A stretch of DNA of 64,000 bases, taken from contig CAIIXF020000001.1 in the NCBI GenBank assembly GCA_903813345.2, positions 35,340,001-35,404,000 of the forward strand, read 5' to 3'. The notes under the pieces were generated by a model, which saw only the letters and a program-made list of their open reading frames with translations, made no database searches and had not been told where the DNA came from. Positions 26,982 to 38,760 of the stretch are shown here, piece after piece (the first letter of the stretch is position 1; the number at the start of each line of letters is the position of its first letter). The stretch comes from Owenia fusiformis (taxonomy: Eukaryota). Made by a program: the position numbers and the translations under genes.

Positions 26982-27507
26982 TAGTGTGTTCCAAATGGTA
27001 GTGAAAACTGGTGCCAGTATTACAGCAATTCAATACCTTACCGTCACCGAATACCGCAGTTTTGGGTCTACGTTCGCGAATTCGTACATTTCTGTGACTG
27101 AGTTTAGATTTTGTCAACGTTTTTTGGTCCCTTTCATAGTCATGATTTATCAATGTCTTACCCGATTGTCGATAATTTCTGCATTGAATTAAGACATCTA
27201 CAGCCAGCTATTTAACGTAGTCATTCCTCAAATTGAAAAAATAAAAATATTTTCATTTTTTGACAAGTTATTCAACTCTCCAGGTGGCGCCCTAACTCTA
27301 AGGAGATAAAAACAAAATGTAAATATTTCCGATGTGAAAAAGATTTCTTTTCTTCACTTTTTATCGATGATAAATGCTTAATCTTGCGAGATCTGGCAAG
27401 TTTAATTGATTCTTTAGATATTCCGGTATCAGGTATTGGAATTTCAGTGCCGACATTAGGCCAGAATGCCACCGTAATGGTACTTCCGGCAATACCGCAG
27501 ATCACTA
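26982..27507. mobile_element. hAT-type non-autonomous element
   Basis: Ends TAGTG...CACTA; perfect 8-bp TSD CTAGCATG (26974-81 / 27508-15); AATACCG subterminal repeats. Confidence 0.8.
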
Positions 27508-28244
27508 CTAGCATGGTGTAATTGTGAATGATAGGGGATTTACCTTTGTGTATATTTAGCACATAGCATTTTCATTTGCCATGTTGATGCCCAGGAGACC
27601 AGTTTATCAAGATTCTCCTGTAGTGTTAATGCATCAATGATGTCATACAACTTCATTCTGTTTTTTCCTAATTCAAAATGATGTCATATATAGACATAAA
27701 GACTATGTTATTATTTCTTAGAAATGATGAAATTCGTCATTTGGGGAACTAGAAGTTAGAACGTCAAAGAAAGCTACCAAAAATCACTTAAATTGTACAG
27801 ACTATGTGATAAAATCGTCATCACACTTTTCAGCGTATGTGTTATGGGAAATATTATAGTATGACGACTCAAGCTGCGCTTTCGTGGTGATACAATTTTT
27901 ACTTTCGTGGAATATTTCCCGTATCACATGCCGAAACGTGTAATAACTGATAGTATTGGTCATTGATAGTGGTGTAACGAGTGATTTGGGTAATCGACTA
28001 GAACTCGAATGAGCCTAGAAAAATGATCAATCGATTGAAAATCATGATCCTGAATATTTCTGAGAATAATCGTGATTTACCCTCCATACTCACGATTTAA
28101 GCAAGGATTGTAGCCGTCTTTATATTTTTCTAATAAATTACATACTTCCGACTATATTCTGCAGATTGTTTTGTTGATTTAATGGTCAGTTGATGAGAAT
28201 AAAGTATGAGAATCGTATTCATTGCTTTTTATGTTTGTTTATAT

Positions 28245-28781
28245 CATGGGCTTTCAACTAGAAGGGTAGGCAACTTCCCATATTTCATACATAAACATTG
28301 CCATGGGTTTTCAAAATTGGAGAATGTACACATTCCAAGAAAATCTTATTTTGTACTTTTTATTGATGATTAAAAGAAATAACTCAAAAATAAAAACATG
28401 ATCTTCTACATACATCTTGATAATTTAATAAAAATTAGAATTCATCATAATTATGACAATACAGAAAGTGAACATTCTCCCACAAATTATGTTTTTATTG
28501 GAATGTGTTCTTGAATAATTACCCACAATGCAATACTCAAAGAGAACATCTTGATAACTCTTATTCTTATTGGTCTCTTTTGTTTACTTTTATATGATAT
28601 TGAATATATTTTATGCTTAAATCATATTAAAAATTGATTTTTATTCAAAATAATACTAAAACATATACATTTATCTAATACTTTTTGAAATATTGCCATA
28701 AAAGGGAAACATGTCATTGCTCATTTTGAAGGTCTCATGTTATTACATAGAGTTGCATACCCTTCTAGTTGAAAGCCCATG
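28245..28781. mobile_element. P-superfamily-like MITE (CA...TG ends, 7-bp TSD)
   Basis: ~31-bp TIRs CATGGGCTTTCAACTAGAAGGGTA(G/T)GCAACT; TSD TTTATAT (28238-44 / 28782-88). Confidence 0.75.
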
Positions 28782-29291
28782 TTTATATCCGGTATCGCAT
28801 GCGCATGCACATATGTATTTTGACGGAAGTGGGAATTTCAAAGTCGAAAAAAATCCATAAAAGGCTTATATCATTTCTAATATAAGGTAAATGTGCGTCT
28901 AAAACATCCAAAACGGAACTCAATCCGTTCAGAACTACATGTACATCATTGAGTAACCAAAAGTCGATGTTAGTGAGTCCCACCACTATGACAGATGTTT
29001 GGTTTCTGTGCAGCGTCTGTTATTTCGTCGCCACCTTTGTTATGAAGCACGATGATACCTGATGCATCTTTGCGTTAGACTTTATGTAGCTCCAGAAGCG
29101 TTTGGTAATGCCTTTGTGCTGAACATTCTCATTTATGATTTCGCTTTCATCAATGTAGGCTAGAGATCGTTGATGTAGCGCTGATGTTCTTTACGAATTT
29201 CACTATGGATTTGGCATTATTTACCTTCATGCGTATCATTTATCATCTACCATGTTTCGTCAAACTAGCATAACATATAAAAGAAACATAC

Positions 29292-29367
29292 CTTTTGGAA
29301 ACTGAAGCTCAGAAGCATCTTCTTCTTGCTGTTCATTTGGAAGTTGTGCACTCGCTGGACCTGCCAT
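29292..29367 (-). CDS. POLR2D: RPB4 coding exon 1
   Basis: CAAAATGGC start context; encodes MAGPASAQLPNEQQEEDASELQFPK; donor G|GTATGT. Confidence 0.95.
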
Positions 29368-29634
29368 TTTGAATGTGACGTCATTAATTTGAAAACGAAC
29401 TATGTAAGCAAGTATGATAACTATTTTATCTCAATTTCCAATTATCTCTTTGTGGTGTTAGACCAATGATTGATACCATGTGTATCCAAAAGAAAATATT
29501 AGTTTATGCTTTGCTTCATAATTTTTGTAGAACATCATATTTGACGCTGCAAAATATTAATTCAAACTCGTGAAGGCAGTAACTTATAGAAACTATTGCA
29601 GGTCATCTGATTTGTGGGAGGAAAATATTAAAAA
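29368..29634. promoter_or_regulatory. Shared divergent promoter / 5' UTR region of POLR2D and ATP6V1F
   Basis: Only 267 bp separate the two divergent ATGs. It holds a perfect CRE palindrome TGACGTCA at 29376-83, and a YY1-like GCCATTTTG overlaps the POLR2D start. Confidence 0.7.
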
Positions 29635-29685
29635 ATGACACATTCTGCTAAATCTGGGAAATTGCTCGCAGTTATCGGAGATGAG
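29635..29685 (+). CDS. ATP6V1F: V-ATPase subunit F coding exon 1
   Basis: Encodes MTHSAKSGKLLAVIGDE; donor |GTATGT. Confidence 0.95.
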
Positions 29686-30166
29686 GTATGTGTTCTTAAA
29701 AATGTTTATCTGGAGACATTTGGGGAGATAAACTAAGTCTATTTAGATATTTTAGTCCCAGTTTTAACTTTACCAAATTTGTATAAATTTGGCCAATCAA
29801 AAAATCAATCGGAAAAGTTCTGACCTAGGCTACTTCCTGCGAAAGTTATGTGGATTTTGATATAGCTTTCCCACGGCGCACTTGGACAGCTGAATAATAG
29901 TGACCTTTAAGCCTTAAACATGAACAATGATATCTGCTGCATACTTTTGGTCTCTAACTAAACACAGGGGCTTGTCTCGAGGGGTCGGGCAAGCCCTCCG
30001 ATGAGTGTACTGCTTATTAAGGCGAAGCTAAATTAAATAAAATGTACAAAAAATGACTGCCATATTTTTTTGATAAAGACACATGTTTTTAAAATCTGTT
30101 TACCTTGTATATGAATTGTATATCTCGACTAATGAAACATGTCAAAGTTAACATCACACATAAACG

Positions 30167-30960
30167 TAACCAAACCCGTCTGGCCCAGTTATCTACTCCT
30201 GACATCGTAGATCTGGGCCAGACTCGATCCAATGCAAAAAATGGGGTATTTACTCCGGAAAAAACACACTGGTTTTTCAATGTATAATACGTGCTGATAA
30301 ATGAATAAACATCATAAAAATCACTTACGTGTTTGTTCCTTGTATCAAACTTTGTATTTATATTAGGTTTCCATCGCTGGATGACGGCTAATAAATAAGA
30401 ACGAAACGTCTAAACGCAGCAAAAAGAAAAATTCTTCTGCAATCTGTTCGTGATCTCGTAGAATATCGAGAAGTCTCGGCTGCTTATTTCGTTCAGTACT
30501 ACATTCCGTCAGTTCAACAAATTGAAAAATCGTATTTAATGTCCACCATATTTCTTTCCAGTTTAAATACAACACAGACACGTCTGTTTTATGAAGTAAT
30601 CTACGTTTTGATAACAAATCTGCTGAACAAATCGTAATATTTGGAATGTATTGATTCCCGGGAAATGTATTTTCGTTCCATGAAAGTTTAAAAATTATCG
30701 CGTCACACTCGTGTTACGTCACATCACGTGACTTTATTCGGTGCGGAGAACTGACGAAATATTGACGAAATGTTGTGCCCATTTCAACATCAATATAACA
30801 AACAAAACACCACATTTACGCATAAGTTATGTTCTCTTTATTTCAAATAAATACTTGGGTTTACATGATACCCGATGTTTTGGTTGGACGGCTAATAGGG
30901 AATGAATAATAAGTGATGATTCAGCAGTGTGTAGATTACTGGGCCAGACGGGTTTGGTTA
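30167..30960. mobile_element. Non-autonomous element with 9-bp TSD and TA-starting TIRs (AcademH-like; MULE not excluded)
   Basis: TIRs TAACCAAACCCGTCTGGCCCAGT(T/A)ATCTAC; perfect TSD ACATAAACG (30158-66 / 30961-69). Confidence 0.75.
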
Positions 30961-31205
30961 ACATAAACGCATTTTTCCAAACTATGAATTGGAGGTGTAT
31001 GGATCCCCAAAGCTAGCATGAAGAGTGCGAAGTGAGGCTAATTTTTGAAAGTTTCAAGGAGTAGCCTTGCAACAGTCACACATTTGCAAGAGTCTAAAAT
31101 TTCCACAAATCATCTTACCTTTCCCAGGAACAACGAAGGAGCATGAAAATGTGCACTTCTTGCATTGTTAGAGTATAATAAAGCTCAAACCATTGTAAAT
31201 TCTAA

Positions 31206-32940
31206 GGTATGAGGTTCCATATCCATCCGCCAAAAGGTATGACCCCTATATAGTCCATTTAAAAACTCGTGGTATTGTTCTAAATAACGCCATAGTTGGC
31301 TTGTAGGGTACCTAGTATGCCACTATTTGGTATCAAAATAAAAAGGAGGAGTTCAACTTTCATTTGAATTACGAAAATAGCGATGTAGGTCAAAAATAGT
31401 TCCGACGTGAGCATGTTTACTACGCGTTTGCCCATCATATCAGAATTGAGGAAGTGGTAGCAAACGCGAGTCACAATAAATGGACGCTGATATCTCAAAA
31501 AGTAACCTGCCTTCTATAATTTGATGTAGATCAATCGAACCCCTATATGAACAGGTACATTTTGATATATAACACTATGGGGGATAAGCGTTTTATAGTT
31601 GGTCACGAACGCCATATGTGCAAAGTATTGTTATGAATTTTCGAATTTGGTGTTGGATTACGGTACTCATACCTTAATATGAGGCCTAAAATTGTCTGCT
31701 AGTTGGCCAGAGACCAATATTCTAGCAGAATTTGAGAATAGAATCGATTTTTTTTCGTTCTGCGTAGGGCAAACAATGATTTGAAATCACTTTCAACCAT
31801 TCTGTGAGTATAAGAATGGTCATAAGAGGCCCGTGGAGGGTCATGAATGAAAGAAAGCCCTCTGAAATTCCGTCAAAATTGCAGGTTATTTCTTCATTTT
31901 TTGCTAAAATTACATGATTTTCAGGGCCCATATCTCAGTGAAATTGCTACAATGTAGCGATTTTTTATTTTTACAGGCTAGATACACGTGTCAGGTCGAC
32001 AGAAACAGTAAGCATGTGTGATTTTTAAATTGCTACATTGTAGCAATATTTATTTCAAAATACAGGTGTGAGGGAAACTGCAATTTAGTTAGATTTGGGC
32101 GAAAATGGCCAAATTTCAGTCAAAATCCTCGGGACACAGGGCCTTTGTCTTAGATTTAGTCAATGATGCAACTCTTAGTAGAAGGTGTGCCATATAGGGA
32201 ATGAAAGCTGTTTGTCAGACGTATCATTTTCTTCAATAAACTCAGAGATAGTCAGGTTAGATTTGTGACGTCACAGTGGCAAAGTTAGACTAGCATATTT
32301 AGACGTATTTGGGGTAGGGCAAATTAACCCTTTCTAGCCTAAATGGATAAATTTTTCACATATTCAGCCAGTTCTGACGTTTTTATGCATTTTTGAACTA
32401 GAAATGATATTTTCTGCCAAAAAAAGTTGCAGAGATAAAAATCAGTGTGATGTCATAAAACATTAAGGTATGAGGTTCCATATCCATCCGCCAAAAGGTA
32501 TGACCCCTATATAGTCCATTTAAAAACTCGTGGTATTGTTCTAAATAACGCCATAGTTGGCTTCTAGGGTACCTAGTATGCCACTATTTGGTATCAAAAT
32601 AAAGAGGAGGAGTTCAACTTTCATTTGAATTACGAAAATAGCGATGTAGGTCAAAAATAGTTCCGACGTGAGCATGTTTACTACGCGTTTGCCCATCATA
32701 TCAGAATTGAGGAAGTGGTAGCAAACGCGAGTCACAATAAATGGACGCTGATATCTCAAAAAGTAACCTGACTCCCTATAATTTGATGTAGATCAATCAA
32801 ACCCCTATATGAACAGGTACATTTTGATATATACAGTAACACTATGGGGGATAAGCGTTTTATAGTTGGTCACCAACGCCATATGTGCAAAGTATTGTTA
32901 TGAATTTTCGAATTTGGTGTTGGATTACGGTACTCATACC
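31206..32940. mobile_element. KolobokP-like non-autonomous element with long terminal direct repeats
   Basis: Direct repeats 31206-31673 (468 bp) and 32467-32940 (474 bp) differ at only a handful of sites. Each is bounded by GGTATGAG / CTCATACC. Inner junctions are TTAA and both outer flanks are CTAA (4-bp TSD). Confidence 0.8.
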
Positions 32941-33190
32941 CTAAATATTTCATGTCCACCATTTTGTTTGCTGGAACTACTTCTAGACTTCCTGATTAAT
33001 CCTCATACAAGTTTTGTGACTACACCAAGTGGCATAGATTATCACTTGTATATTTTATCTATTACAGTATAATTATCATGATAGATACATGATAGAGGCT
33101 TTATGAATGATAAACAATGGATACACGAATGTGGATAACTCTGGAGTAAAAAATAGTTCCAGGAAACAAAATGATGGACATGAAATATTT

Positions 33191-36100
33191 TTACAATTTC
33201 TTAAGAATCTCGCTAATGAAATTATAATTTTATTAACGAGATCTTATTAAGAGTTCATATCGCATAATAACCCTTATTATCGGATTCCAGCTGTTAGTAG
33301 TATTAATTTGAATAAATTAAAACTGAGTAGTGCAGCTGAGTGGACATGTATATGCAACGATAACTAGGTCTATTGCTTAGATGCCAACTTAATATTCTGA
33401 AGCCATTGAAAACTCACCTTACTATGAGTAAACTTCAGTGAATTCTTTGACAAAGAAAACAACTACATCCACTGCTTGTGAGATGTCCAATTTATCCCTA
33501 AATCTTTGTGGGATGCAAAGTTAAAATAAAGTCCTTGTGTAGTATAAGATATAAACCTATTACTGTTTGTGAGATTTAAACTTTAAAATCTTTCATTACA
33601 ACTTTGAGAGTGTAAAAATGCAAATACATTATTTGACTTGATGAAGATTGTTGAATGTTAATTCTATCCTTCATAACTCAGTTGTCTGTGGTTATGTTCT
33701 GAAATAACACAAAACTGTGTTTTAGTGACAATTAACGACTGGGTGGGCGAGGAGGGAATATATGAACTCTTAATAAGATCTCGTTAATAAAATTATAATC
33801 TCATTAGCGAGATTCTTAAGAAATTGTAAAATTTCTATTACACTCATCTTATTAAGAGTTCATATCGCATGTTTAAAGTAAAATAACCTCAGAACAACTG
33901 ATCTAAATCCTTTCGATTTCCTTTATCAGTTTATCAGTTTGTAAAATTGTTAAGCATTCAATTAATTTGCATTTCCCATGACTTGGTTTGTAGATATATC
34001 AAATGTTCAAGTTTATGGTACTGTTACTGCATACCTGGTTAAATATGTCTTTCAAATGTACTTAAATGTATTTATTAAATATCTATTTATTTTATTCTAT
34101 AAAATTAAAAACCTTTATGTATTGTTATAGAAACTGCTAGTGTGTATGTATATGAGATGTTTTACTGGATATGTACACGCATGGCATCGCATGACATTTG
34201 ACAAGGATAATTTAAACTTCCTTCTTATGATTCCCTTCTACTACTAGTAGTTTGTTTCAGATGTTTCTGGTATTTTCTAAATGCTAGTACAACATCATTA
34301 ACTGGATTCTCATGAAAGAAACTTGGAACCCCAATTTTATGAGTTGACATTCTGTCTTTGACAACCATCCAATGGCATATTATATCAGAGACCCTGGGAT
34401 ACATGCTTGAAATAGACATTAACATGACTAATTGTGTACTTTCAGTTGAGATTTCTATTCTGACCCGAATGTTCAATGTGAGATACAGTACAACCTTATT
34501 CACATCCCAAGTTTCATTTATTTTATTTAGTGGGTTTCCATTGTAAAAGTTTCCATAAAATCTATGACTATCTATGGTTCCATTACATGTATATGCTGAT
34601 TTTGCAGACTTTAAGTATCGAGAAACGAATAGCACATACCTGATTTGACATTTCAGTTAGGAAATTGGCTAAATTTGTATCAGAGGCTAAATATTAATGT
34701 CATGTTTATTAATATTAGAACTTGCAGCATACCCATGTTTTCCAGGAGTCCTTGGAAGTAATTTAAGTACTTTCTTTACTTGATTTAATGAACATACATG
34801 TATTGCTAGTTTGTCGCAGAAACCTCTAGTTTCAAACTTGAGGATGATCATTTGGACACCGTTAGTGTTATCTAGCTTTTTTTATTAAAGCTGTAAGATT
34901 AGATATTAGTAATTTCATATGGTTTGGCAATAAGATGGGCATTCAGACCAACATTTCCAACAATTATAGATACCGCAGAGCCATTTGCCACATTGGGGCT
35001 ATGAGAGCTATCTGTGCATTTTTTCTGTCTTACTCTAACCAGTAATCGGCTGATTTAACAGATGTTTAAGAAATTGGAGGAAGTTATTTGACTGTTTATT
35101 CTGAATAAATATGTCAACTTCCAGAGTTTCTGGGTTTAGTTTCCACCTGAAATATTAATTTTCTACTGGTCGACAAAATCTTTTTATTTGGACCTTAAAA
35201 CTTTCAATTTGGAAAATCTCCCAATCTTATTTCTAGTTTGATGCAACGAGAAATTTCTCTAGGTTTGATCTGACATTCAATTCTGATTCCTTGGAAGATA
35301 TTATACGGTAATAATGATATCTCTGGCAAAGGTATCTGAACGATCTTGCATTGCTTTTAACATTTCTAGCCATCTCGTTCCCCACATTTTGTTCACATAA
35401 TGTCATCGTGGTTTTCTTGTTAATTTTATATAACATTGTCTAAGTTTTTGTGAATACTTTCACTACCATATCCATGGCTTTCATTCATATGAAACAATTT
35501 TTTGTTTAATCTATTTCCCCTAAGCTACTGTCCCGTCAGACTTGAACTTTAGCCAAACAGGCTGCTTTTTGTTGTTATTGTAATTATTGATTCGGATAAT
35601 ACTATTAGTATTCTGAATTTCGATATCTTGGACCAATCACTATCAAATTTTATATTCATTTTTTGTGAGTTATTTTGGCAATCAATGCATACATGTAGGA
35701 CTGCTTTGACCTTTGCAAGTGTCAATAAATGTAGAGGTTCAATATACAGATTACAGACTAAAGTACAATTCAAAAGTATCTCAATAACTTGAGTAAGATT
35801 ACTGACTAGGGTTGATTCTATCTCAACAAAGTCTTTGCGAGAATTTGGATAGAAACTATCATTTCTATTAAGGCCTTCAAGTTTATCTCAATTGTATTGA
35901 TCACAAAACTACAAAGCTCCATTTTATGATGGGAAAAATTCAACAATAGTCTTTTCCCCATTTATCAGAAACTTCAGTTTGAAACTAATATTTCACTAAC
36001 TTGAAATCATGTTCATGAGTAGCAGATAGGCGTGAGGTTAATGACATCAGAGAATCAATAAAGATTCAAAACCAAATAAAATATTCCACAATAGCGCTTA

Positions 36101-38378
36101 TGGTATTTTCACGAGTTTGAGGGAAGCAAGGTCCATAGTAATGATCTCAAATGCTGTTATATCATTCAACGGAGATATTTCCTGTGCCTCGAATGTATGC
36201 ATGCTTATGTTCATATAAGCATCCTTAGCATGGACTTTCACCATCGGTAATCGTTTGGCCATCTCATGTTTCTTAGAGTTACCAAGTCTTCCATTTTGAA
36301 ATTTTCATACCAACTAAATGGTTAAGGTTTAGATTTAAAATTTATAGTTTAGATTGAGAACGAGACTCTGGGAACAATCCTCTTTCTCCTGTAACAATAT
36401 TTGACACAGAAATTGATCTATGCTTGACTTTGCTTTTCTGTTGCATGTTTAAGTTAAATGAATCTCCTGTTTTTAAAGGATGGACAAGACATCCGATTGC
36501 TTTAAATCACAGTTTTGAGAAATATTAAAGCTGCTTTCCATTTAGAAATCTTAAGCTATATTGTTATCATTTCTCAAAATCTCTGGTAACCTTGACCATA
36601 CTTCATATTTCTATGTAGGTGACTTTGAAACTTCAAAAAGTATATGTAATTTACCTAAGTTTCTGTTTTAGTGAACTTCCAGATTGTTTTTTCTAGATCT
36701 GATGTTATGTCAAAACATTCATCTTTTTAGATCCATTTTGGTTTAGTTTTTAAAATAAATTTGACGTACCTGTCATTGGACAAGGATTTTCCTACAGCGT
36801 AAGTTGTGCTGGAGCGACGTCATGTACAATAACATTGTTTGTCACGACTTCTAGCTGTGTACATGTAGCTATTGTCAGCTGACAGCTAGCTTCTGCTTTC
36901 ATTGGCCTATTCAAAAGGCTGCCAAATACTTGTATTTATAATCTATTAAAAGATTTTGATCTAGAAAAATATGTTTTCATGTCTTTGACAAAATTCAACG
37001 TTTTTGTTGAGTCATCACCAAACAATTCTTTTGCCCAGCTTAGGGTATTCTCTTTTTGGTTTTGGTAATGGTATGAAGACAGAAAATTCTCCAATCCACT
37101 CTTGTCAAATTGAAAATTTGAAGCATGAAATTTGTTTCAACTACAGTAGTTGGTTATGGGAAATCCTTGTTCAGCAACAATAGCTGTTTTAATCAAAATA
37201 TTGTACGAGTATTGTCATTTGATCTAGGGCTATTAACCCGATTTCCATGGATAAAGAGCTTTTTTTCAGAAAATCCATGTGACACACATTACCAGTATTG
37301 CATATGCCATTTTCCCATTTTGCAATTGTAGATTTCTACCTGCTTTGGGACTAGGAACATTTTAAGTTCATTTACTTTCTAGATAGCTTACTCTAGCCTT
37401 TTCTTCATATTTTGATATCTACTAGGATAATGTTTTTGACCAATATTTATGGACAGATTTTACATGATTGTCTGTTATCTTCAATTCAGACTTGTTCTCC
37501 TCGAAAACTGAGTCAAACATATTGAACATATAGACCGCTGATAAACAGAACATGAATCTATAAGCACTAGATTACTAGAACTTGAATCAAACAAAAATGA
37601 TTCTATTAATTTGAACTTACTATGAGGCTATGCAAATGGATATGCTCGCTGAAACTGTAATATGACCATTGACCTCTAATATGACTATTATTCTGATGGC
37701 GGCTCATTTTGAACCTTGGTCAAACTTTGGTTTATAGGCCTTGAACTTTGGTCATTTGGACCTTTGGTGTGTGGTAATTTACATGTAGACCTAAAATGTG
37801 GTCATTTAGAAATAAAATGTGGTCATTCAGACCTAAACTGTGGTCATTTAGACCTAAACTGTGGTCATTTAGACCTAAAAATGTGGTCATTTAGACCTAA
37901 AATCTGGTCATTTAGACCTGGACTGTGGTCATTATAGACCATGGTCATTTAGACCTTCATTATTCAAAATTCCATCTTGAAAAATCACATTTCCCTACCT
38001 GTCCAAGTACATTATTTCACGAGCACTAGGGGCCGTACTGGGTTCATAAGTCCAAACAATTGTAGTTAGACTAGTAAATAAAAGTTCCAAAAACTGCAAA
38101 CAATGACTGTTGAAAAAATTTCAACAAGTCGAGCAGATCATCTGAACTAAAATCCATGTGCTATTTACAGCTATGTACAACTAGCCTAGTCTCTTACAAA
38201 GGTGTGTTTCCGTTGGCAGCTAAGCAAAAATAGGCCTAGTTATCGGTGCATATACATGTCCACTCAGCTGCACTACTCAGTTTTAATTTATTCAAATTAA
38301 TACTACTAATAGCTGGAATCCGATAATAAGGGTTATTATGCGATATGAACTCTTAATAAGATGAGTGTAATAGAAATT
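33191..38378 (-). mobile_element. DIRS1-type tyrosine-recombinase retrotransposon, full-length structure with decayed ORFs
   Basis: ITRs at ~33240-33388 and ~38212-38362. The ICR at 33761-33870 is complementary to both outer ends. Decayed motifs run in DIRS order on the minus strand: RT (VHAKDAYMNISMH ~36230), RNase H (~35240-35430), methyltransferase-like (WKLNPETLEVD, IAPMW ~34990-35150) and YR (ETWDVNKV ~34510; LTRYAVT..QFYKL ~33935-34040). No TSD. Confidence 0.88.
37730..37957. repeat. 21-bp minisatellite inside the DIRS element
   Basis: Unit TGTGGTCATTTAGACCTAAAC, about 10 copies. Confidence 0.9.
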
Positions 38379-38760
38379 AGAATTCACAATGGTTTGAGCT
38401 TTATTATACTCTAACAATGCAAGAAGTAAATTTCATGCTCCTTCGTTGTTCCTTGGTAAGGTAAGATTATATCTGGAAATTTTGAATTTTGCAAATGTGT
38501 GACTGTTGCAAGGCTACTCCTTGAAACTTTCAAAAAATGGCCTCACTTCACACTCTTCATACTAGCTTTGGGGAGCCATGCACCTCCAATTCATAGTTAT
38601 GAAAAATCGGTTTAAATGTGAGGTTTTCTTTTATGTGTCTCTTTATACCAGGAAATGCATTCACATAAAAGGAAAACAGTATACAAAATCTTCTGACTTT
38701 ATCAAAAAAATATGGCTCCCATGTTTTTGTACTTTTGATTAACATGTCACCTTAAGAGTA

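Larger units (their letters stand above)
23900..27640 (-). mobile_element. LINE ORF2 (RT C-terminal region) split into three pieces by hAT-type insertions
   Basis: Pieces 27508-27640, 26898-26981 and 23900-24331 rejoin to ..LQENLDKLVSWASTWQM..KCYVLNIHKGKSPIIHNYTML..VTHIPYLGIDITNNLRW..HIKTIVSKANKVLGFLRRNLHQCPEKVKA..LDYASSAWDPY..LEQVQRRAARFV. Confidence 0.85.
30021..38751. mobile_element. TTAA-flanked foldback element (Kolobok-type ends), ~1 kb originally, expanded by three insertions
   Basis: TTAA|GGCGA ... TCACC|TTAA. The left arm (30021-30166 + 30970-31205 + 32945-~33067) is the reverse complement of the right arm (~33067-33190 + 38379-38751). Confidence 0.75.

Noticed and set aside
31280..32759. 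Duplicated 72-aa gene (31280-31498, 32541-32759)
   Set aside because: Both ORFs lie within the two direct repeats and show no coding signal.
31206..32940. LTR retrotransposon or TRIM
   Set aside because: The repeats end GG..CC with their own TIRs and TTAA junctions. There are no TG..CA ends, PBS or PPT.
32945..33190. Independent 245-bp MITE
   Set aside because: Its symmetry continues into 31205 and 38379 once the two insertions are removed. It is the centre of the larger foldback.
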